A stretch of 64,000 bases of DNA from a virus. Lineage: Duplodnaviria; Caudoviricetes. Under the pieces are notes generated by a model. That model searched no databases. It was not told where the DNA came from and was given only the letters and a program-made list of their open reading frames with translations. A program made the position numbers and the translations under genes. Below are positions 17,225-23,120 of the stretch, in pieces (position 1 is the first letter of the stretch; each line of letters begins with the position of its first letter). The DNA lies in the IMG/VR virus record IMGVR_UViG_3300020151_001495, positions 52,131 through 116,130 of that record; one strand, written 5' to 3'.

Positions 17225-17342
17225 CTCCCCCGATAGGACTTGAACCTATAACCCATCGGTTAAGGAAAAAACTGGAATCGAACCAGAACTAAAGGAACCT
17301 TCTTTTCCACAGCCGATTGCTCTGCCATTGAGCTACAGGGGA
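17225..17342 (-). tRNA. tRNA-Asn(GTT) interrupted in the anticodon by a 46-nt insert (exons 17309-17342 and 17225-17262)
   Basis: Without the insert it is a 72-nt canonical tRNA: TCCCCTG TA GCTC AATGGCA GAGC A ATCGG CTGTTAA CCGAT GGGTT ATAGG TTCAAGT CCTAT CGGGGGA G, with the Asn G73. Confidence 0.9.
17263..17308 (-). ncRNA. Mini-tRNA-shaped intervening sequence
   Basis: GGAAAAGA AGGTTCCTTTAGTT CTGG TTCGATT CCAG TTTTTTCC T. Confidence 0.8.
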
Positions 17343-17379
17343 ATAAATAGTTGGTATTAATTTAAAAAGTTATACCAAC
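17342..17379 (+). promoter_or_regulatory. Late promoter and 8-bp hairpin abutting the HNH start codon
   Basis: AATAAATA at 17342-17349; GTTGGTAT(17350-17357)/ATACCAAC(17372-17379). Confidence 0.6.
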
Positions 17380-17709
17380 ATGAATAAAAAAGAAACTAGA
17401 ACTTATGCTGATAGAAAAGCAAAAAATCCTAACTGGGCTAAAAAGATGACAGAAAGAGTATCTGCAACTAGAAGAAAAAATGTATCTTTAATTAAAGAAG
17501 AAGCTGGAGGAAAATGCTGTATGTGTGGATACAACAAATGCACGGCAGCACTAGAGTTTCATCATTTAGACCCAGATGCTAAAGAAGGAGGAATTATTGG
17601 TTCCACTGCATCTTTAGCAAAGCAAAGAGAAGAAGCAAAAAAATGCATTCTTGTATGTGCAAATTGTCATCGTGAAATTCACTCTGACTTATCTATGTAT
17701 CATAGATAA
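17380..17709 (+). CDS. Free-standing HNH endonuclease, putative homing endonuclease
   Basis: CCMCGY...LEFHHLDP...CILVCANCHREIH. Confidence 0.9.
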   Translation: MNKKETRTYADRKAKNPNWAKKMTERVSATRRKNVSLIKEEAGGKCCMCGYNKCTAALEFHHLDPDAKEGGIIGSTASLAKQREEAKKCILVCANCHREIHSDLSMYHR

Positions 17710-17715
17710 AAATTA

Positions 17716-17926
17716 TGGTAGGTGGGGATAACTTTACCTATGTTATCCCTCTTTACTTCTCCAAGCCTTGGCCTAAAGGGGTATTTGGCACCTACGATTT
17801 TAAGGGCAAGGATGTCCACCTACGATAAAATCTACGATGTGGCCGAGGGGATCCTTTGTTTAATACAACGTTCCTTGTTGTACCCTTTACTACAGCATTC
17901 TGGTTTATCTTTCCAGTGCCACTAGC
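17716..17926 (-). ncRNA. Unidentified structured RNA of about 210 nt
   Basis: Several stems (GCACTGG/CCAGaaTGC, TACAAC/GTTGTA, GGGATAAC/GTTATCCC), three ATCGTAG repeats, ends in CCACCTACCA; ends approximate. Confidence 0.55.
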
Positions 17927-17998
17927 ACCTCTGTCTAGGAATCGAACCCAGTTTCCAAGTGCATTGTCTGCCTGTCCTTACCAATAGACTACCAGAGG
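17927..17998 (-). ncRNA. tRNA-like element with an unpaired anticodon arm
   Basis: Acceptor CCTCTG/CAGAGG, D arm with TGG, T arm CTGGG TTCGATT CCTAG; positions 27-31 and 39-43 do not pair. Confidence 0.7.
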
Positions 17999-18003
17999 AT
18001 GAA

Positions 18004-18168
18004 CTAATTTTGTCCCAGAAGATATTCTACTGTAGTTGCAACATCATTCATTGCATCACGAAGATTTGGTCGTTGACCAGATTCTTGTTTAATAATTGGT
18101 CTGGAATTGTCAGTTAGAGTCCACCTCCACTGATTCATATCCTTACAATACCAAAGTTTAATGTTCAT
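18004..18168 (-). CDS. 54-aa cyanophage hypothetical protein
   Basis: Hand translation MNIKLWYCKDMNQWRWTL...ESGQRPNLRDAMNDVATTVEY. Confidence 0.7.
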   Translation of the reverse strand: MNIKLWYCKDMNQWRWTLTDNSRPIIKQESGQRPNLRDAMNDVATTVEYLLGQN

Positions 18169-18313
18169 GTTTGGTTTTTTCTAATTTAATCCAATTAAGA
18201 AGAGCATTTACTTCTGCTCTCTTTGCTTCAGTGAAGTCATTACCTTTACTGAAGAGATAAAAATCCAATGCTTCAATAGCAAGTTTTCTATCTTGTTGAG
18301 AAATAAGTGACAT
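18158..18313 (-). CDS. 51-aa hypothetical protein
   Basis: Hand translation MSLISQQDRKLAIEALDFY...LLNWIKLE; GAGG upstream. Confidence 0.65.
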   Translation of the reverse strand: MSLISQQDRKLAIEALDFYLFSKGNDFTEAKRAEVNALLNWIKLEKTKHEH

Positions 18314-18335
18314 AATAACCTCAAAATATGAGGGA

Positions 18336-18406
18336 AGCGAATGACGGGGATCGAACCCGTGACACCAACTTGGAAGGATGGGATGTTACCGCTACACCAC
18401 ATTCGC
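18336..18406 (-). tRNA. tRNA-Gly(TCC)
   Basis: Cloverleaf; CT TCC AA loop; U73. Confidence 0.93.
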
Positions 18407-18459
18407 AGTGACTCCTCTGTTTGAGCATCGTTGATAGGCTTGAGGAGTATTAATTGTAT

Positions 18460-18693
18460 TTATTTAAATGTAATTACATCGTCAGAAATACCAGTACCTA
18501 CATATCCATTATAATATGGATTTTTTAAAGAATAGTCTTTCTGTGCTTCAGAAGCTAATAATCCTTCTACCGTACCTAATGCAGATGCAATTTGAGAAAG
18601 AGTCCAGATATCTTCATGCATAGCACCTATTTCAAGTGCAGAACGAAGTGTTTCTCTAGCCTTTTCAATTTGATACTTAACTGAATCTCCCAT
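18460..18693 (-). CDS. Hypothetical protein
   Basis: Start moved to MGDSVKY to avoid tRNA-Ala. Confidence 0.7.
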   Translation of the reverse strand: MGDSVKYQIEKARETLRSALEIGAMHEDIWTLSQIASALGTVEGLLASEAQKDYSLKNPYYNGYVGTGISDDVITFK

Positions 18694-18712
18694 AGTAATA
18701 ATATAGTGGGGA

Positions 18713-18785
18713 TGGAGAATAGGAGACTCGAACTCCTGACACCCGCCTTGCAAAGGCGATGCTCTACCAACTGAGCTAATTCCCC
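18713..18785 (-). tRNA. tRNA-Ala(TGC)
   Basis: Cloverleaf; G3:U70; TT TGC AA loop. Confidence 0.95.
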
Positions 18786-18789
18786 AGAT

Positions 18790-18938
18790 GGATTAGGTGT
18801 GTACCCATTCTGGTTACAGGGACCTAACCTCTATCCGTATGTTGACTTTGCAGTTCACATCGAACTAGTTATGATACAGCATCTGCCTACTCATAACTAG
18901 GGTATTTACCGTCAGAAGGAAAGTTCTGTTAACGGTAA
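18790..18938 (-). ncRNA. Four-hairpin structured spacer between tRNA-Pro and tRNA-Ala
   Basis: TTACCGT/ACGGTAA, CTAGTTATGA/TCATAACTAG, ACT-GCAA-AGT, TTAGGT/ACCTAA. Confidence 0.5.
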
Positions 18939-19012
18939 TCGGAATGATAGGATTCGAACCTACGGCCACTCGCTCCCAAAGCGAGTGCTCTACCAAACTG
19001 AGCTACATTCCG
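18939..19012 (-). tRNA. tRNA-Pro(TGG)
   Basis: Cloverleaf; CTCGC TT TGG GA GCGAG; C1:G72, A73. Confidence 0.95.
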
Positions 19013-19015
19013 AGA

Positions 19016-19087
19016 TGGGAATACTGGGAGTTGAACCCAGACTAAGCCCTTATAAGGAGCCCGCTCTAACCATTAAGCTATACTCCC
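19016..19087 (-). tRNA. tRNA-Ile(TAT)
   Basis: Cloverleaf; GGCTC CT TAT AA GGGCT; A73. Confidence 0.88.
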
Positions 19088-19096
19088 GAGATTAAA

Positions 19097-19354
19097 TTAA
19101 CGAACTTCGTAATCTAATCTTCTTATTCGTCTCTTTGGAGTTGTCAATTGTTCCATAGTTTTTGATTGTTTTTGTTTTGGTTTGGTAAACCCAGTTACCA
19201 TTTCGACTTGGCTCATGTCCTGTGCTATTATAACAGGTAATCCATTGTTGTCAAGCCTTATGTAAGTTTCGTTGGGACATTTACAAGATTGTCCCCTGTT
19301 TGGAGTTGCTACTTCAAGATTGGAATTGCAACATTTGCATCTGATTTTGTACAT
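19097..19354 (-). CDS. Zn-ribbon hypothetical protein
   Basis: RCKCC...SCKCPN; RRLDYEVR C-terminus. Confidence 0.75.
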   Translation of the reverse strand: MYKIRCKCCNSNLEVATPNRGQSCKCPNETYIRLDNNGLPVIIAQDMSQVEMVTGFTKPKQKQSKTMEQLTTPKRRIRRLDYEVR

Positions 19355-19384
19355 TGTTTCATGCCTTAATTTATTCAGTTGTCA

Positions 19385-19458
19385 CGACTCAGGAGGGACT
19401 TGAACCCCCGACCAACTGCTTAGAAGGCAGATGCTCTATCCAGCTGAGCTACTGAGTC
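19385..19458 (-). tRNA. tRNA-Arg(TCT)
   Basis: Cloverleaf; CTGC CT TCT AA GCAG. Confidence 0.95.
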
Positions 19459-19909
19459 ATTCATTTGATTTTAACATGTTTTCGGGGCAGTTGTCAACCC
19501 ATGGGGCACACAACCTGATTTCCCCGCCAAGTGCTCGACACTCATCAGTATAACACACAGAAGTGTCTACTGGTTTTTCTGAGTACCGTGGAGCTGGTAT
19601 TCTAACATATCCATAGTCTCCTGTCAAGCGTTCATAATCTGAAATTGCTTTATCAACTTCTAATTCCACCTTAGCATCAAGTTGTTTTTGATGGTCTGGT
19701 AAGTCTGGAAGATTTTGTTCCAGACCCAATCTTTGAATTAGTGCTGTGTAAATTTTCCAAAGTTGTTTTTCATCTAATTTCAATTGTCCAGCAAGACCAG
19801 CAATGATAATAGCGATGATAGAAACAACAACGAATCCTTTGATATATTTAGGACTTAATTGTGGAAGAACTTTAAACTTACCTTCTTTAATTTCAAAGAG
19901 TTTAAACAT
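19457..19909 (-). CDS. Membrane-anchored hypothetical protein
   Basis: One TM segment; Cys-rich C-terminus CYTDECRALGGEIRLCAPW; GGAGG before MFKLF. Confidence 0.7.
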   Translation of the reverse strand: MFKLFEIKEGKFKVLPQLSPKYIKGFVVVSIIAIIIAGLAGQLKLDEKQLWKIYTALIQRLGLEQNLPDLPDHQKQLDAKVELEVDKAISDYERLTGDYGYVRIPAPRYSEKPVDTSVCYTDECRALGGEIRLCAPWVDNCPENMLKSNE

Positions 19910-20225
19910 TGTCATCCTCCCAAAAATTTTCCAAAGCTTCATCAACTACATCTTTAGGAGAAACATAGTTTGATTTATCTCTAAGCTTCTTTGTGTCAAA
20001 AGTAAGAGTTGGAGTTATAGACCCATTGGATTCTACTCTTACTTTTGCTCCAAATGGAGTTCCTTTTGGTTGAATGTTTAATGTATTCGCAGAGTCCAAT
20101 GATACTTTAATTTTATCATTCTCTGCTTTTAAATATCCTGCTTTGCCAAGAATGTCAACGACATCTTTCTGATTATCTGGCAATCCATTATTTTTCATGA
20201 GGAAGGGGAGAACGAATCTCCCCAT
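19902..20225 (-). CDS. Hypothetical protein; start may be MKNN at 20198
   Basis: ORF below a GATAAATA late box and hairpin. Confidence 0.65.
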   Translation of the reverse strand: MGRFVLPFLMKNNGLPDNQKDVVDILGKAGYLKAENDKIKVSLDSANTLNIQPKGTPFGAKVRVESNGSITPTLTFDTKKLRDKSNYVSPKDVVDEALENFWEDDNV

Positions 20226-20235
20226 TATTTATCTG

Positions 20236-20598
20236 TTAAACTCTAGAGTAACAGATTCTCGCCACTCCCTGTCCAGGGTGAGCAATAGTAGAGAATGCCC
20301 CGTAGGACAGGTCGAGGTCTCGTCCTCCGACATATGGACCTCTATCATTCACTCGCACAATAACTGACTTACCATTACTTTGATTTGTAACACGTAACCT
20401 AGTACCGAATGGAAGCCACTTATGTGCAACAGATTGACCATATGCATTATATCTTTCACCGTTAGCGGTGGTTTGGCCGTGATATCCATCACCTACACCA
20501 TAATGTGATGCCAGGGAACATCCGCTGGCTGCCTCAGCTTTTTGGGGCGTAAATCCAAGAAGTGTTGAAGCAATTAGAAGAGTTGAAAATAGACGCAT
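20236..20598 (-). CDS. RlpA-like lytic transglycosylase (double-psi beta-barrel) with signal peptide
   Basis: ASHYG...TANGE...AHKWLPFGT...VRVNDRGP...LDLS. Confidence 0.9.
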   Translation of the reverse strand: MRLFSTLLIASTLLGFTPQKAEAASGCSLASHYGVGDGYHGQTTANGERYNAYGQSVAHKWLPFGTRLRVTNQSNGKSVIVRVNDRGPYVGGRDLDLSYGAFSTIAHPGQGVARICYSRV

Positions 20599-20620
20599 TT
20601 AAATTAATAGAATTCTACAT

Positions 20621-20714
20621 CCCAATAGAAGGGGGGTACACCCAACCTCTCGGAGGGCACCTTCCTGGGCACAAGATGATAACACTCAATCGCTTATGAT
20701 ATAAGTTGGTGTTA
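20621..20714 (-). promoter_or_regulatory. Structured 5' leader of the rlpA-like gene
   Basis: Long stem CCCAGGAAGG...CCTTCTATTGGG enclosing CCTC-CGA-GAGG; upstream hairpin TAACAC/GTGTTA. Confidence 0.55.
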
Positions 20715-20718
20715 CCAA

Positions 20719-20789
20719 TAGGTGAAGAAGGAATCGAACCTCCGTAATTCAGTTAATCGCTGACCGCTCTGCCACTGAGCTATCCACCA
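20719..20789 (-). ncRNA. Non-canonical tRNA-like gene (loop CG-ATT-AA)
   Basis: Intact D and T arms; U1:U72 and G27:A43 mismatches; G at position 33. Confidence 0.7.
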
Positions 20790-20793
20790 GATA

Positions 20794-20841
20794 ATAATAC
20801 CAGGAATCTGTTCAGTTGTCAAGGTGCTTGGGATATTTATA
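20794..20841 (-). promoter_or_regulatory. Sigma70 and late promoters
   Basis: TTGACA(20817-20822)-17 nt-TATTAT; TATAAATA at 20834-20841. Confidence 0.75.
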
Positions 20842-20848
20842 AAACTTA

Positions 20849-21541
20849 TCAGGGTTGGAAAACCCTACCCCATCCATCATTTCCTTTTGGACACCATCTA
20901 TGTGATAGTTCTGATCTCTTATACACAGCTCCTTTTCCATTAGTTACTGCACCAGTATACCCATCATTTAAAGAACCATATGGATCATTGACTACATAAT
21001 CTCCTGCTGGAGTCTTACCAATGACTACAACCATGTGCCCACCACGAGGTGCAGATAAAGGACCCCTATGTAAGATACCAATAACAACAGGTCTGCCGTT
21101 GGATAGTTCACGATCAAGATCAGCAAAAGTAAGACCGTAACTAAAGTGTGACTTAATACCATAGCTTGTAAGAACTTTGGTTTGAACCATATGATCAGTT
21201 GTATCCCCAATTGAAAATACTTTTTGAACATAGGCATCATCGCCCTTAGCTCCTTTTAACGTGCCTGGTTTAAAATATTCAAGACACATAGCACAACTAG
21301 AGCTGTTACAAGTACGGTCAGCATCTCTGTAATTATCGGTTTGTGGAAAAAATGGAACATCTAAAATATTTGATTTTGGTTTATCTGATTTAGATCTAAA
21401 AATTTTAATCCAGTTAGCCTCATCTTGAGTTAACTCCTGAGCCTTGAGAAGTAGATCTTTTTCAAATTGTTCTACCCCAGCAACATGCTTTGGATTGTTC
21501 TCATCGTAATGTTTAAAAAAGTTGTGTAAATCAATCTGCAT
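20849..21541 (-). CDS. Peptidase C39-like protein, probable cell-wall hydrolase
   Basis: VPFFPQTDN...CNSSSCAM...GGHMVVVIG...VNDPYG. Confidence 0.85.
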   Translation of the reverse strand: MQIDLHNFFKHYDENNPKHVAGVEQFEKDLLLKAQELTQDEANWIKIFRSKSDKPKSNILDVPFFPQTDNYRDADRTCNSSSCAMCLEYFKPGTLKGAKGDDAYVQKVFSIGDTTDHMVQTKVLTSYGIKSHFSYGLTFADLDRELSNGRPVVIGILHRGPLSAPRGGHMVVVIGKTPAGDYVVNDPYGSLNDGYTGAVTNGKGAVYKRSELSHRWCPKGNDGWGRVFQP

Positions 21542-21875
21542 TTTTCTCTCCGAATAGTTTAATGAAATACTCTGCATCAACAACGACTAAAGGTTTTTTG
21601 TGATTCTTTTTCATAACAACGATTGGTTCATAATCACCTGAGTTAGCTTTAGCTTGTTCATAAGCTTCCCATACATTCAATTTTTCAACATTTTTACATT
21701 CAATAGAAAATGGAAACTTACTTCTAGCAGCTCTAGCCATGATTAAATCTTCACCACCAGCACCCATAGATCTAGATTCAATATCTTCAGGATGTACATC
21801 TAGTTGTTCTATGAGTTGATCTCTAACCCACTTCTGTAGATTCCTACCTTTAGCTTTAGCACTTTGAGGTTTCAT
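21531..21875 (-). CDS. Small PD-(D/E)XK endonuclease, resolvase-like
   Basis: AKAKGR...GEDL...SIECKN...AYEQA. Confidence 0.8.
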   Translation of the reverse strand: MKPQSAKAKGRNLQKWVRDQLIEQLDVHPEDIESRSMGAGGEDLIMARAARSKFPFSIECKNVEKLNVWEAYEQAKANSGDYEPIVVMKKNHKKPLVVVDAEYFIKLFGEKNAD

Positions 21876-21907
21876 TATGTATCTTTATATATTATCTAAA
21901 ATATTTA

Positions 21908-21960
21908 TCTGAACCCTAACAGAGTCATTATACAGACTTTTACGAGGTTTGTCAAACCCC
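21908..21960 (-). promoter_or_regulatory. Sigma70 promoter with conserved downstream element (copy 1)
   Basis: TTGACA-17 nt-TATAAT followed by GACTCTGTTAGGGTTCAGA. Confidence 0.85.
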
Positions 21961-22030
21961 CATACGAATTTCGCATTATAGGTAAAAAACACAGCTTTTT
22001 TTCTATGGTTTTACTAGGGGTTTCGAGCAT

Positions 22031-22056
22031 AAAAAAAGAGACCCCTATGGGGTCTC
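22031..22056 (-). terminator. Intrinsic terminator
   Basis: GAGACCCC-ATA-GGGGTCTC-TTTTTTT. Confidence 0.85.
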
Positions 22057-22078
22057 CGAGTGATTTGTGAGCTGGTTA

Positions 22079-23065
22079 TCAGTCTTCTAGGATTGCAGAA
22101 ATCCACTCTTCGGACATGTTAACCATGATAGCTTGTGCTGCTTCTGGAGTATCTGCATAACCTTCGGTTAGAAGGTGATCAAGAACTACATCATACACAT
22201 CTACATCTTCACCTAGTTTAGATGCTAGCTTACCTGCACCAGAAGCAACCTTTCTGGCTACTTTACCAGCTCCTTTCTTAAGGAATCCTTTAATAGCAGA
22301 ACCTGCAGCTTTTGCTGCGCCTGCAGTTGCAGATGCACCCTTACGTGCAGCATCAGATGCTGCAGTACCTGCTGCAGTTGCTTTATCTTTTGCCATCTTA
22401 CCTGCAGCATAACCAGATACTGCAGCAGATGCTGCCTTCTGCTTAACTGCACTCTTAACCATATCTGCACCACGTTGTAGTTTATTAGCAGCTCTGGTTG
22501 CAAGGTGCCCAACAACCTTAGCACGAATTCCTCTGCGAACAGAAGGATCCTTTGCACCCTGTCTTGCCTGAATTGCAGTTGTATTAATAGGCTTACCTTT
22601 CTTGCTTGTTTCTAGACCATGCTTGGCAGCATAGCCTGCAACACGAGTATCTACAGCCTTTCTGACTGCACCTACTGCCTTACCAGGAGCATCCTTAACA
22701 GCCTGTGCTTGACGCTGGCGAGCAGCAGAAACTACTGCAGTACGTCTTGCTTGCTGACGCATTGCAGTACCCTGACCAGTGGTTACTGGTGCAGATTTCT
22801 TATCAGAACTTAGTTTAGTGTACCCACCACGACCAGTAGTTACAGTAGCCTCAGAAAGAAGATCTTCGAATGCTTCTAGAATATCATCTAGTTCATATCC
22901 CTCTTCTACCATAGCTTCGATTGTTTCATCAACAATCTCTTCTAGCTCATCATCATAAAGATAGCTAACGTCTTCAAATAGTTCTGTTTCTTCGGATAGA
23001 GTTTCTCTTAGTTCGTCGTCATATACGGCGAAGTAAGACTCATAAAGTTTTTGGGTACTTGTCAT
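22079..23065 (-). CDS. Ala/Lys-rich late protein, probable internal head protein
   Basis: Acidic ends, basic core, L/I-x-E sites; TATAAATA at 23097-23104. Confidence 0.7.
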   Translation of the reverse strand: MTSTQKLYESYFAVYDDELRETLSEETELFEDVSYLYDDELEEIVDETIEAMVEEGYELDDILEAFEDLLSEATVTTGRGGYTKLSSDKKSAPVTTGQGTAMRQQARRTAVVSAARQRQAQAVKDAPGKAVGAVRKAVDTRVAGYAAKHGLETSKKGKPINTTAIQARQGAKDPSVRRGIRAKVVGHLATRAANKLQRGADMVKSAVKQKAASAAVSGYAAGKMAKDKATAAGTAASDAARKGASATAGAAKAAGSAIKGFLKKGAGKVARKVASGAGKLASKLGEDVDVYDVVLDHLLTEGYADTPEAAQAIMVNMSEEWISAILED

Positions 23066-23120
23066 TGGAGTTTCTATAAATGTTACTTTATAGTATTATT
23101 TATAAAAACTCCCGTATTGA

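Noticed and set aside
17263-17308. Group I or BHB-type tRNA intron
   Set aside because: At 46 nt it is far too short for a group I core, does not end in G, and shows no bulge-helix-bulge at the junctions.
17722-17925. 67-aa + strand ORF
   Set aside because: Antisense to a structured RNA, weak start and no protein-like features.
17716-17998. tmRNA or RNase P RNA
   Set aside because: No G3:U70 acceptor, no tag frame ending in Ala-Ala, and no GAGGAAAGUCC RNase P core.
18208-18402. 64-aa ORF in the track
   Set aside because: Starts inside tRNA-Gly; a better ORF exists in another frame (18158-18313).
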